A stretch of DNA of 64,000 bases. It comes from Eledone cirrhosa. Its lineage: Eukaryota. The notes beneath the pieces were generated by a model. That model searched no databases and had not been told where the DNA came from. It saw nothing but the letters and a program-made list of their open reading frames with translations. Shown in pieces: positions 41,418-56,842 of the stretch (positions are counted from its first letter, which is position 1; the number at the start of each line of letters is the position of its first letter). Where the stretch lies: contig OZ024741.1 of assembly GCA_964016885.1 (NCBI GenBank), positions 136,462,001 to 136,526,000 of the forward strand, in the 5' to 3' direction. Made by a program: the position numbers and the translations under genes.

Positions 41418-41748
41418 AGTCAACCGGTAGTGACATGGGAATTGATTAAAGTTTATATATATTTAGCATGATAAACATTTGCTGGAGATGCTAATTTGCA
41501 TATAGCACATAGAAAACATCAGCCGAAAAAGTTTCATTTGCATATACTGTAATCTTCGTTGGTTTTAATTAATTAGCAGTATTCCTATGACAGCATTTAT
41601 GCATAAAAAGGGGTGTATATGAAAGTACATCTTATATGGTAGCCTCGGCAATTAATTATATACCAGCCAGGCTTGCATGAAGATATATAATGAATTATCT
41701 TAATGCTTGAATGAGTTGAAATTCGAAAATGTGGGATTCCAAACGCAG

Positions 41749-41802
<54 letters not shown>

Positions 41803-41806
<4 letters not shown>

Positions 41807-42132
41807 GTAATAATATATTTGAAGACTAAAATCAAAAGAGGGCTCGATAAGGATAAATATATATCAAATATATAAGAACCGTAGAGCAAATATTTATTAA
41901 AATAACAGATTAAAGTTTAAGCAAAGAATCGCTGCTTTCACCCTTAACGGGATCTTCTGAAACTAACAAAGTCAATCTGTAAACGCAGAAGTGCATATTT
42001 CAAAAAACATTGCAACCGTGGGAAGACAGGAAGACGATACTTTGGTTCGTGGAAACGTTTTTGTTAGTTTCAGAAGATCCCGTTAAGGGTGAAAGCAGCG
42101 ATTCTTTGCTTAAACTTTAATCTGTTATTTTA

Positions 42133-42140
<8 letters not shown>
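41803..42140. mobile_element. Fold-back element (family H) with an HHR-like motif in both arms
   Basis: Perfect arms 41890-41970 / 42060-42140 with a left tail. On + at 42066-42116: agttt CAGAAGA t ccc gttaa ggg t GAAA gcag...ttgc TT aaact. Confidence 0.8.
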
Positions 42141-42539
<399 letters not shown>

Positions 42540-42548
42540 GTGTGTGTC

Positions 42549-42592
<44 letters not shown>

Positions 42593-42620
42593 TGTGTGTG
42601 TATACATATATATATGTGTG

Positions 42621-42651
<31 letters not shown>

Positions 42652-43117
42652 TTGTGTGTAAAATCTAGCACCTAACAAAAATATTTTGGATTATATATTC
42701 CATATGGGTTCATCATTCGATATACAGAATTCCATAAAATAGTACTAGACAAAGTGGTCGGATAAATTCAATTGAATACACTCTTTGAAGGGTGGGATTG
42801 ACTCAGAATGGATGCTGTCCAATGAGTGAAACTAGTAAAATAAACGTAAACCACAACATCTCAACCCCAATTTAACATATAACGAAATAGAAATAGACTA
42901 AAATTATGGATCCTCCATCAGTTTCAAAGATGATCATTCCAGTTCGTGTAAGTAATATCTATATTATAAAAATTGTGTATTACAAATTAGCATTCCCTGT
43001 TCTTTCTATACGCGAAAAAAATAACATAATAAGCTAAGCTTATTCTAAATACAAATAATACAAATGTGATGAGTAAATATATATATATATGAATATATAT
43101 ATATATATATATATATA

Positions 43118-43190
<73 letters not shown>

Positions 43191-45513
43191 GCATAACCTG
43201 TCAAATAAATCAGTCACACACGCATATACACCAGGTTCGAACACTAAACTCCCACCGCCTCGTGGCCTCGGCAGACAGAATAGAGAAGGCGTTTCCCGGA
43301 GGATGTAAGTTGTTCAATATTCCATCGAATCGCCTGTCTTAAAGATAGTTCTGCAGCAGAATCAGTGTGACACAGTATGTGACAAGGCTAGGACTATGAA
43401 ATACAGATACAATCCATCTGATTGGCTTCCATGCAGTTTTCATCTACTCAATTTAACTCACAAGGATTGGGCTGACCCTGGGCCTATAGTAAATCACATT
43501 TGCCCATGGTTACACGCAAGCTTGGAATGAGCCAAAGCTATGGTAAATGACATTTGTCCAAAATTCCCCCGCAGTGAAAACGAACTTGGAATCTTTTGAG
43601 TGCCAAGCGAATTTCTTAACCACTTAGCCATTCCTGCGTTTATGTAAACTTAGTGTGATGCTTTGATAGAATAATTCTGAAAAGAAATGCAGATTTATAT
43701 TGATATCAAATGTGATAAATTTCTAGGGTAGCGATTATCTCTAAAGATAACTCTAAACTCCATTGTTTATTTTAACATTGTCTTACAAAGATTATTGTTT
43801 TACAACATATAATTACGATAAACATGATTAAGTATAGTTTAAAGTACAGCACACAGATGGCGGTGTAGATAGCCTGGACAACCACAATTGCTATAGAAAC
43901 CCAATTTATGGTGACAGCTGAAGCTTGATGAAGTTTGCCAGCTCTATACTGTAATATCTTCGGTAATTTTAATTTTATAATGGTAAAATGTAAAAAATTT
44001 AATAAAATTACTGTAGTTTTCGTGTGATTCAACCAACCAACAAATAAACATCTTTCTTTTATATCCTCATCGTATAAATGACATAAATACATATCTATAA
44101 CAACTGAATATTAGAATGAATTATTGTGGTTATGTTCATCATCTATAGATGATGAACATAACCACAAGGATATGGTCTGAACGTGGAAGAGCCGAACTCC
44201 TACTGTCATAGCCTCCATCTCTCCCACCCTTCCCATCTCTCTGTATGGTGAGCAAATAGGGTCCGGCGGACAGAATGGAGAAGGTGTTTCCCCGACCGTA
44301 TGTAGAACTTCAACATGTAACTTAATATTATTTAACAGGATATATGAGGTATATATAACCAATCAAATCATTGAAAATATTAATCTTCAATCTTGTGCCA
44401 GTGAATTTACTGCGTAAATAGATTAGTTAAATCTTCTCTGATTCAGCAGACTTTTATATAAGTCAATGTGGTCGCCATCTCGTCTTGTGTTTAGGAATAG
44501 TTACTCTATGAACACATTATCGAGCTTGATTTTTAAGACTTGATATTTATGTAGAATTTCTAGAAGATAGTTCGACTACATGGAGCAGGGAACACAAATG
44601 TTTTTGACCATCGAATCCTTCATGGAATCTTTAATCCCTCAACTGTCTTAGGCATGTACAAAAACAAATGTGTAAATAGATAAATAAATTATTAAACAGA
44701 ATATAAAATAAATACTTTTTGTTGCTAGATTGGTCATGACTTTAACATTTTCATGATCTCGTTGTCCTTCATATTATCTTGTCTTGTTGACAGATTTTCT
44801 TAGGCAGCTCATTTCGCAGGTCGTGACTTTGAGTTCCAGAGACGTATTCAATCTCCAGGTTTGGCAAGGATTTATGAATCTGGTGATAGATATAAAATAT
44901 GATAATAAAGGCATGTATAAAAATGTCTTTGGATGAGTGAAAAAAAAACATAAGTGAGAATGACGGAGAAGATCATTCTCAGATTTTAATAAATATCGGA
45001 ATTTCGGAAATCTACTCGTTTGACAAGTGACATGATCTTAGATCATCTGTTGAAAATGAAAAAAAAATGGAAATTTCATCATGCGGAGAAGAAATTCAGC
45101 CATTTAAGGACGCACAAGAGCAAAAGATCTGCTTCGGTCTCTTTTTTTTTATTCTTGATGAAATGACAAGGTTATGCTGCAATTCTGGATCTGTTAAAAA
45201 TCAGTTACTGGCGAGAATATATAAATCTCGGTGATTTTCATGCTTTCTCTTCTCATTTCTTTTTTTTATTTTGTTTATAACTTTTTTTTTCTGCAGTTAA
45301 TGTCAGTCTCGTATGTGTTATAATTATTGTATACCATACATTCTTACACAAACAGTACAGGATTTAACCGATGCTGCGAGAAATGTGTACAGGCACACAA
45401 ATGCACATACATACACACACATACATTCATGCATACATACATATATACGTACATACATATACACACATACACACATACATGCATACACACACACATACAT
45501 ATATATATATGTA

Positions 45514-45685
45514 TATCCTGGGTTCAATCAAGGGTAACCACAGTAAGTAAGGTACTCAATACATAGCAGAGTATAAATATTTAATATAGATATGGCTTCT
45601 ATATTTCGGAGGAAATCATCAGGAAAGCCCTGATGATTTCCTCCGAATGAAACAGCTCTAGTCCTGTAGAAGCCATTTCTATATT
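45514..45685. mobile_element. Fold-back family A, copy 3
   Basis: + arm CTGATGA tttc ctcc gaat GAAA cag ctctagtc ctg TA gaagcc (45630-45674). The left arm has an internal deletion. Confidence 0.8.
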
Positions 45686-46524
45686 ATATATATATGAAAA
45701 TAAAACATATTTACTCGTATGTATGCATGTATGTATGTATATTTTCATATTTTTCCGTAGATTGTAAAAGATAAACAGGTTTACTTGTTTGTTGAGACTG
45801 AATATCGAATCAAGCTGTCCTCATTTTCAATCTACAGAGAAATATCTAAATAAGACTTGGTTGCACATATATAAATGTGTATGTGTCTCTCTGTGTGCGT
45901 CAGTATACTTACACGTTTCTCACAACTTCAGTTAAATCCTGAACTGTTTGTGTACAGATAGGGATTTATAACATACTTCAGCTTTTTTTCTCAATTTATT
46001 ATTTAACTGAATTAAGTATTTCATATGAATGTATGTATTGTTTATTTAATAATGTAAAACATGTAAAACATTTGTTTATTTAATAATGAAAAACATTTGG
46101 AAGGCATTTCACTATGAATTTTAAAGTTGTGACGATCGTCACATACCTAGCTTTAGCGAAAGCAGAAGGAAGTAATCGACGATGCCACCGTTTATAACGT
46201 ATTAGTGGTTATCAAGACTACATATCTCCCTGTCTTTGCTGAAGCTAAATTAAGCTAGATTCTTATAGAATTCTGCTTATGTTTATGAGCTGATGAAACT
46301 CATTTGCATACGGCACGGTAGCCGGCCCGACATAAATTAAATTTGATCAGTTGCCCTTTTGTGGGTGAGTGGTTTTACGTTTTTCTTAAATATGATCTGC
46401 TGTGTCCATTGTATTGTATTCCTGCTTTATATACTCTAGGTTTTGTTGTTTTCTGTCTAATTGTTTGTCTTCTCTTTTTTTCCTCTATCCAACATTCTAA
46501 TTTTCTATCCAGAATATTTGATGA

Positions 46525-46822
46525 AGGCATGTGGCTTATTGGTTATGTCGTGAATTCGAGTCTTGGTGTCGCGCTGTGCCCTTGGGCTAGGCATTTTACT
46601 TCACAGCGTTCCACTTCATACAGCTGGAAAAAAATGAATTGTATTTGTTGTTCAAATGTCCTTTCTTGGCAAAATGTTTTACGCTGAATTTCCCTGGGAA
46701 CTATATTATTGGTGCACGAGTCTGTGGAATGTCCAGCCATTTAAACGTTCATTTCACGAGGAGGTTATTATGTTGATCGAAATCCCTGGACCACTCGTCG
46801 TTAGAACCGACGGAGATCCAAC
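46525..46822 (+). mobile_element. Second SINE family (tRNA head, CORE-like centre); relatives near 14400-14520, 19200-19345, 33100-33510 and 39470-39780
   Basis: gtggctta(g)tggtt head, ttcga B-box-like motif, and gtgcccttgggc(t/a)aggca centre. Confidence 0.5.
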
Positions 46823-46997
46823 ACACAACGTTAGATTGTCAGACAAATATATTTTGTTCCGAGTCTTCACACTATAAGTTCAAATAAAATAAATAACACT
46901 CAAATACCAGGGTCGATGTAATCAACTTTACTCTCACCATGAATTGCTGACCTTTTGCTTAAGTTAGAAATCATTATCATTATTAATAGTAATAAGG

Positions 46998-47210
46998 GTG
47001 GTGGATTGACAGTATCGGTAGAATAACGGACAACATGCTTTACGGCATATAGATACGTCCCTTTACGTTCTGAATTCAAATCCCGCCGAGGTTAAATTTG
47101 ACTTTCATCCTTACGGTGTCGATAAGATAAAGTACCATTAACGCATAGGAGTCGATTTAATCAACTTCCTCCTCCCCCAAAATTGTTGGCCTTGTACCTA
47201 AAACAGAAAC
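46998..47210 (+). mobile_element. Full-length Meta-domain SINE copy; further copies near 680-750, 12065-12195, 21795-21950, 32865-33035, 33690-33890, 38100-38640, 50245-50550, 57393-57780 and 63345-63400
   Basis: Matches the consensus from ggtggtggattgacagtatcggtaga to ggccttgtacctaaaacagaaac. Confidence 0.85.
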
Positions 47211-47331
47211 CCTTATTAATAGTAATAGTTATTATGATTAGTGTTTTCTTTCTCATTAAACGATTGAGGACGTCGTTTGCTGTGTATCTATAAATTGTCT
47301 CGAAGTATGGAAATGTGGGAATACCAAACAT

Positions 47332-47524
47332 AGAAAATAACTGTAACAAGGGTTGATCGCTATAAATAGTAGCTTAGAATATCGGGTAATATACCCCCGT
47401 AGACGAAAGCAATAGCCAGTTCGATTCTCCATAGCGGCTACTGATCACTTGTTTCCGTCTATAGGGGCATTTTGCCCCATTGTCTAAGCTCTTGTTTAGT
47501 GATCGAGTGTTACAGTTATTTTCT
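47332..47524. mobile_element. MITE-like fold-back with perfect 17-bp TIRs
   Basis: agaaaataactgtaaca ... tgttacagttattttct, with imperfect pairing continuing inward (agcttaga/tctaagct, tagacg/cgtcta). Confidence 0.7.
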
Positions 47525-49425
47525 GCGTTGATAATTCACAGGTATTTAAATTTCAAATCACCCAGCGTTTTGATAATTTATAAAATTTGTCTCAAAGTCT
47601 AATTAAATTTTGGACTATAGTATAGATCTCATTTTTGATAAATTTCTAAGTTGAAGAAAATAATTTAATTCTTTTGTTAGCATATATTTAATGAATAACA
47701 CCGTCTCGTCTATGATTTTCAAATAATTCTGAAAATAACCACGAATTTCGAGGGATTTTGTAACATAACTGACTTTCTCATTACAAAGCCAGCGTTTGGA
47801 ACATAATTAAACAAAGGTTCTTATATTAAATTATGATAGAAGATTTTTATTCAAATTTGAATACGTTAAAACAAAAGGCTTTGTGCTGACGAGCTAGGGT
47901 CGGCGGTTTCATGTAGTTTTGTATTGAAAGAGTAAATATTAGTAAATAAAATTGCTTAAAAAGTAAAAGAAAGAAAATACAGGAAGAAAACAATCCTCCA
48001 ACCTGATCATTAAAGGATTTTCAATGGATGTAGTGAAACTTTATTACTGAAAACGTCGCAGATGTGTCCCGAAGCTTTTTAACACATCATGGTACGTGTG
48101 CTGTTGAACCAATGTTGTTTCTGCTGACGAGTTTACCTGGTGTTCGTTCAACGGATAACCTGAGTGTGAAATGAGCGTGGAAATAGCTGAGCATTGCACG
48201 AGTACGAGTAACTATAACATAGTTCTCGGGGGAGATTCAGCATAACGTATTGTATGACAAGACTGGCCATTTGAACTAGATATACAACTCATTTTTTTCA
48301 GTTGAGTGAAAGGAGACATCATGATGTAAAATGTTCAAGAACAAACTCGCTGCCGGGAATCAAACTAACGATCTTACCATCATGAGTCAAACACCCAAAT
48401 CATTAAGATGCATTTGCACCACTCACCATATTAGTTACTATTAAAATGTTGAAATAAATCTTCAATATCGGTTAGTCGCAGCTGCGTCCAACGAGATTTT
48501 ACTTAAACATACAAGAAAGGATATAAAACAGAGAATTTCTTTTAACAGTGTATACTTTATTTATTAAATATGTCTTACATTTGGTCCTCAGAAATAATAT
48601 AACATGTTTCAGTGGAGGGTTTTCTCCCTGCATATGTACGATTGGCACACCCACCAATTATTGAAAACATTTGTAAATTCAAGTTAAGAAGTCTTTATCC
48701 GAAATTCCAAAATCCAAACGTTTTCTAGTGCTGAAATGACACTCCACGAATGGAAAATGTCACACAGAATACCTAACATCATTACCTGCATCTGTATGTA
48801 TAGTATGAACTTCCGTTGTTTTTGACGATGCGTGTTCCAATGTTTTCGATTAACAGAACAGCCTCCTCATGATATTAGGTGTATATAACTGAGCATTCCA
48901 CAAACACGTATAACCTAATTCTCAAGAATATTCAGCTTGACACAGCCTGTGACAAGGCTGTTCCTTTGAGTTACATGTACAGACAAGCCGACGAGCTTCG
49001 AAAATGTTTCCATCTACTTGCTTTCATTCAGTAAATGACACTTAGCTAAGAGTCTACGATGTGGGATCAAACCCGAAACCTAATGATTGCGAAGTGAACT
49101 TCATAGCCATTCGGCCACGCTGTTTGTATACATCAGGGTAACTGCATATGTATTATGACATAGAAAGGGATATCTTATTAAGACTAGGTTTCCATCGCCA
49201 ATCTATCCTATTCTATAGACGTTGTATATAAATATTCCAAATTTTGAAAGCAATTTCAAACTCCAAAAAGCACTTTCAGTCCCAGGCATATCTGATAAAG
49301 GATTTTCAAACTATGTATGTTTCCACAAAGCATTTCAGATCAAATATTTTACAAAATATGTAGAAGAAAATCCATAAAAATTGCATTTTTAATATTCTTA
49401 TTTATTGTTTTGTTTTAAATTGCAG

Positions 49426-49627
49426 GCGAATGCATAATTTTGAAAATGAATTATGTAATACAGTAGACGCCATTCTTGAAATTCTTGGACACAAGCCAAC
49501 AGTGGGGCGTGAATGTGAAATGATTCAGCACAGCGGCCCCCGAATGGAAAAACCGGCGCGACAGAAAGGTGTCAGGACTATTCGGTCTCCCAGTGAAGGA
49601 GAATTACACACATTCCATAAACAATAA
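49426..49627 (+). CDS. Terminal coding exon of the host gene (KCNH/erg-like coiled-coil end)
   Basis: Strong acceptor tttattgttttgttttaaattgcag|, phase 2 matching the donor at 31264. The join reads DIDVRLENINQRMHNFENELCNTVDAILEILG, similar to hERG [31 protein letters not shown]. Stop TAA. Confidence 0.75.
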
Positions 49628-50930
49628 CTAAAACTTATCTAAAAATTGATTTTTCGTTTCATATTATCCCTTATTACCTTAATAATTGCTTATGGTGTAT
49701 ATTTATATAACAGCTGTATCGCTAAAATATTTGTTTTTTATATAATATATATAATAATTTACAATGATGATACTAAACATAAATGATGATAATTCAGAAA
49801 AAAAGAAAAATAAGAAACTAAAATTATATTAAAAAAAAAAGAAATATAAAAACAGATTGGAGGATATGTACAAAAAAGTGAAAAAAAAAACAAAGAACAA
49901 GCTGAAGAAAAGACATTGGAACCAAAGAAGTTTAAGAAATAGAAGAATCGTTGCTGTTGTTATTGTTACAGAGTGTATAAATATATATAAATATATATAA
50001 ATATATATATATATATATGAATTATAAACATGTTTATTTACGTTATAATTTGCTTTCATACGAATTTACTGATATTCAGTTTTGTTAATGTTAAGTTTAA
50101 TATTTTAACGAATTGGTTTCATCTCTTTGGCAAAACTAAACTAAACATGCGAATTGGCTTTCACGTTAAACCTATGAAATAACTATTATTATTGTTGTTG
50201 TCATTGTTACTATTATCGTTATCATTATTATTATTATTATTATAGACTGGCAGTATCGGTAGAGCGTCGGACGACATGCTTTACAGCATAGAGATACGGG
50301 GTCGATAAAATAAAATACTAGTAAAGCACTGGGGTTCGATTTAATCGAATTTCCCCTCCCCCAAAATTGCTGGCCTTGTGCCTAAATCAGAAAAAAACTG
50401 TTATCATTACAAGGGCAGTGAATTGACAGTATTGGTCCTTTACATTCTGAGTTCAAACCCCGCCAAAGTTAGCTTTTTCTATCATCCTTGCCGGATCGAT
50501 AAAATAAAGCACCAGTAACGCACTGGGGTCGTGCCAAATGTAGAAATTATTACTACTACTACTACTACTACTACTACTACAACCACCACCGTCACCACCA
50601 CCACTACTTCTACTAATACTACTACTACTACTACTCTCTTTTATAACTACTACAGGTAAAAGAGCACTGAGTTAGCCAAAGTGATTGAACATCGATCTCA
50701 ATGCCTTAGATTATAAAATTCGTCCTTTTGTACGTAATTTCAGATAGCGCAGGTGTTGAATTTGCCTAGCATCCCTCCAACATTGAAAATACAGTAATAT
50801 ACTGAGTGATTCGTTTGACTGTGTCTTTCAACTATGACATTTCGCCTTATGCATACTAAAACAAAAATATTGTTCTATTTGAAACAACACACACAAACAT
50901 ATATGTGTATGTATGAACATGTATATATGC

Positions 50931-51024
<94 letters not shown>

Positions 51025-51125
51025 ATATATATATATGTATGTATATATATATATATGTATGTATATATATATATATGTATGTATATATATATGTATGTAT
51101 ATATATATATATAGAGAGAGAGAGA

Positions 51126-51156
<31 letters not shown>

Positions 51157-51572
51157 TATGCAGAAGATTATTATGCAACCAGTGAGACATCTTCGAAATA
51201 CGTATAACAAAATTATGTAATAAAAAGATGTACGCATAAAACCCTCTCCCTTATTCATAATATGTGTGTATGTGCGCGCGCGCGCGTATGTGTGTGTGTG
51301 TGTGAAAAATGTTTTTTTATTAGCAGATTAGTTCACAGAATCAATTCTGTTTCGGTCCTATGTGAACTTGCAAGTGGTTAATACCTTGACTAGGCTAACG
51401 ATATATGAAACAGACTTTGCTTTTCGAAGTATCGTGCGCTTTATTTCGTATGTTTAATCTTTCTCCTTACGAATAAACGCACTTGAATATTTACGTATTC
51501 TTGTATGTTTATATTCATATATATATATATATATGTGTGTGTTTGCAAGTATATGTATATATCATATGCATG

Positions 51573-51665
<93 letters not shown>

Positions 51666-52105
51666 GTGCGTAAGTATGCGTATGTGTGTTTGTGTGTGTG
51701 TGCCCTCGCTTGGTGATATGTATGAAATTTGCTACGTATTTTTCCTGAATTTAAAATGAATAAAAGTATATTTCACACCCTGCTCAACCCTTCATATTCC
51801 ATAGCGCGTTAAAATAGACTTCCTCGGGCATAGCACTACCGTATTTTTGTGGAAACCTTCTAATATCAAAGAATATAAATGGAAAGATAAATAAATTATT
51901 TGCATATTTTGCTTTAAAAAAAATTTAGCTTCACAATTCACTCTTTTAGCAAAATTTATTCATTTCTATTATCTTAGAGCGTTTTAACCTACAATAAGAT
52001 AATACGCTATTCACTGCATAAACACTTATCTATTTTATGAAACAAAACCCGATCGCTGCTTTACACAAACATTTGCGTGTGTATTTATATATACACACAC
52101 ACGCG

Positions 52106-52214
<109 letters not shown>

Positions 52215-52635
52215 TGTTATTTTCATTTGGTGGTGTGGGTGTTGTATCTAAAAGATTTTTGCTATTAAAATATAGATATCTATTTTTTTATGTTTACTCT
52301 AGGGTATGTTAAATATTGATTCTTTAATATGCTGGAAGACGTTTCTCTTATAATGATCATTTCGACCTTACCTCATGAACATTGATACTACTCATAACAA
52401 AGCCAAAAATATTTCCTACGTATTTTAGATTAAATTAAGGTGTTGCTATGAAGCAAAGAATCTCGTATAGGGGTATGTGTGAAGCATTACTTGAAAATAT
52501 ATAGTTTATATTTAGGTGAATTGAGAGCGCGTAGAGTAATATATAAGGCATATAGAGAATAAATATTAAAGAGACTGATCTGGTCGTCCAATATGCTTAG
52601 ACACGCGTCTCTACATATATGCCTAACGTACATAG

Positions 52636-52995
<360 letters not shown>

Positions 52996-53055
52996 CTATG
53001 TATGTATATATGTATGTTTGTATGTATGTATGTATTTATGTATGTGTGCAAAAGC

Positions 53056-53700
53056 AAACAGAAATAACAAAGCAAGCGACACAGTACAATGAAGAAATAT
53101 ATTATTAGTTTTACGCTTTATATAGTAAGGAAAGATTCTAAACGTTTCGGACGCTAGTCCTTCATCAGAAAATAGAAGGACAAATTAAAGAATAAATAGA
53201 AAGATTGAGTAGACGAGCAGGGCGGAAACGAAAAAAAATGTTCTTAGTGAAAAAAACAGATCCATTCATGTTGCCATCTTTGGAAAAATGTTGATGTTGG
53301 CATTTTGTGTATGATAAACTTTTTTGAAAAGGTGGTGTTCGAGCACGTTCTATACTGCTATTTATGTTTTTGATATTAAATTTATTTCTGATTGAAAATT
53401 TTAAGTATTTTTGAAGGTATAAAACCCCTGAACATTCGGTTATTGGAGCAGGATTTTAAGTGGGAACTTTTGATAGTTAATAGAACATTAGAATCATTTA
53501 AAATCCTTAGCATCTTCAGATATAGATTCTCTCTTCTGGTATTATTTATAGTGCTGATATTAAATCTGATATGTGCATCAAAATATATGTTGGCATGTAT
53601 ATCTTTGTGTGTGCCTATATATTTTGAAAAATTATACATAAATGTATGGTAATATATTTGAGAGACTTTACATGTTAATGTAAGCACTGGGTAGGGGCGT
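53056..53700 (-). mobile_element. Family F PLE-like fragment with HHR core at 53141-53170 and a possible decayed GIY-YIG upstream
   Basis: 30 nt identical to 17963-17992. ORF 53382..53687 has TCK..IYY...KYIG, a weak GIY-YIG resemblance. Confidence 0.55.
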
Positions 53701-55896
53701 AAGTTTATTAAACAAACGTCTATATATTCTAACTATGGTTATAAAAGTTGCTGTTTGCCTTTGATTTGTTTTTGTTTTTGTTTTTGTTGTGTTTTATAAT
53801 ATTCTTCTAACTCTGTTTTAAGTTTAATGCAAGTAAATTATTTAAATCTTCCAGTAAGATTATGAAACTATTATTATTAAACCATTATTATTATTGTTGT
53901 TGTTGTTGCTGGCCTTGTGTCAATGTTAGAGAGAATTGTTATCTTTATTATCCATATTTGAGAACTATATCAATTTCTTAAAACAAATAATGAATACACA
54001 TTTTAGGGAACATATATAAAACTATTCAATGATGTTCTCAGTTAGCAAAAACATTATTATTGTTGTTATTGTTATCATTTATTATTATTATTATTTAAAG
54101 CAGTAGCAGCGGCAGCAACAAAAGTAGTAGTGAAAGCCAAACAGTAAATTTTCGATGAATATACATGATTTGTTTTTTGTTTTGTTGTTTTTTAATATGG
54201 TAAAGAAAGGGCAATTTCAATTTTCTATTTAAAATTTTGTATTCAACAATTGAATATATCGATAACAATATATGTCCAATTGCTTTCCGATTTATATGAC
54301 CCGTTCTTCATGCTTGTTTTTTGAATATATTATAAAAGAAGACTTAATAATTTAAAAAATAAATTACTAAATATGCACTTTGTGAGATTTCGCTCGCAGC
54401 AAATGCGACAACAAAAATGATTTATAAAACTTTGCGCGTCCTTTAAAGTAATGTGTTTAGGTTTTGTAACGCATATTCTATTTGCTATTGTTATTATTAT
54501 AATTATTATTATTATTATTATTAGTTTATATTATGTAGTACTTACACCATATAACAGTAATGTATATTGACTGCTTTTCTTATTGCTTTATGAACAAACA
54601 TATCTTAATAGAAAGATTCATGAAATGAAATATTTTTTTTACACTATGTTCAAAAATTTAAAAAAAAAACTGTTGATGTCAATTGTATATGACGTAATGG
54701 AGGAGAACTATGTGTCGGCTGCTAGCAACCTCTATAACCGACCGAAAATTACCTGTGAAACCTAAATTCAATAATTCACCAATTTCTACTCTTTCTTCTC
54801 TTTTTTTATATATTATCTTCTGTACAAACTCTCATATGAACTGATATAAATTTATATAACATATATATATATAACATTAAAAATCATTGATTAATCGAGA
54901 AATGAAATAAATGGAAAACGAAATTCATTTAGCGGATGAGAGTTAGTGTGCAATCTTTTGATTTTTACAAAGCTGTTTCCATAAAACGTATTTAAAAAAC
55001 AACAACATATGATATCTGAAATGCTTGAATATTTTAAGAAATTTTAAGAATATTTTAAGAATTTATTTTAAAAAATATGATATATGAAATACTGAAATTT
55101 CTTGACGCTTTCATTCGAAACTATATTTTGGATTATAGAATGAATAGACAAGTCTTGTGAATATTTTATATACAATTTCCAGAAAATGCTTTAGCTACAC
55201 ATAAATGAAGTGTTTTTGACTGTAGCTAACAGTAGAAGGTTTCTGTTTTTTTATATACACATATATATATAAAAATATATAACCTAACGTTGCCTTTATT
55301 TTCCAAAGCAATGAGTAATTGCATCACCACAATATATTCAGCACACAAAGTTCAAAACCTTCCACTTCATGGTGGAAATTCCAGGCATATGATTCAAGTG
55401 CCAAAAGTAATAAAGGTTCACCTACAAAAGCAAAAGAAGTGAAAATAAAATTTTCATTTTCTTTCATCTTATATTTACATTTATTATTAATATTTTCTGT
55501 TAATATTTTTAAATAATATTTTATAGACTCTGGAAATTGTAATAAATAATGATATAGTAATTATTTATTATAATTCAGGAATCTGAAGACTGCTTAAAAT
55601 ACATATGATTATTTCTTTTTAGCACAAACGAATGTGTATGCTGGATTTTAGCATATTTCAGTTTGTAAATGTGACGGTTTCATTAGAACCAATAACAACT
55701 ACACTACAAAGCAACGTGGCCCTATTACGCTGCTAAAGGAAATTTTACTTTCTCAAATGTTCTGTAATTACCTAACAGCAAGATGTGTATATATGCATCG
55801 CTGAAAAGAGATATTCTCGTCTGTTGTAAATGAGGAATTTGTTTAAAAAAAACAAGGAGTATTAATGCTACAGTGAAACATGCGTATGCTGAAAAG

Positions 55897-55927
<31 letters not shown>

Positions 55928-55981
55928 ACACGCATATGTGTGTGTGTGGGTGTACACATACTCTATCTTACACACGAACTC

Positions 55982-56012
<31 letters not shown>

Positions 56013-56040
56013 GTGGTGTACATTCTATCTTGCACACGCA

Positions 56041-56096
<56 letters not shown>

Positions 56097-56097
56097 G

Positions 56098-56162
<65 letters not shown>

Positions 56163-56406
56163 TTCGTGTGTAAGATAGAGTATGTGTACACCCACACACA
56201 CACATATGCGTGTATATATATATATATATATTCAAGACGTTAATTCTGTTCATTGATATTATCAAAACGAAAACATTGTAACAATTTATTGTTGATTCTT
56301 ATGTTCCATCTGTATTAGAATAATCAACAAAAGTTTAATTATAACTACTGTATTTTTCGAAGAATATGACGCTCTGTTTCACCTAAGGATTTCATGTCAA
56401 AACTTG

Positions 56407-56470
<64 letters not shown>

Positions 56471-56606
56471 TGCGTGAATGTATAAATATTTTTAGAAAGA
56501 ACATTTCTGCTGAATATTTACAAAATGTCATCCTAGACAATTTCAAATCCCTACTAATGTGCCAAGGAATGTTTAGCTCTAGTTCTTATATATATATTTT
56601 GATATA

Positions 56607-56644
<38 letters not shown>

Positions 56645-56785
56645 AGTATTTATATATACATATGTATATATATATATAAGTATTTATATATACATATGTG
56701 TATATATATACATACATACATTAATATATACATATGTATATATTTATGTATATATGTGTGCGTGTATATACATATATATATATGC

Positions 56786-56842
<57 letters not shown>

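Noticed and set aside
42820-42840. gagtGAAActagTA resembling an HHR 3' half (also ~31993-32010)
   Set aside because: Part of a recurring SINE 3' tail, with no upstream core.
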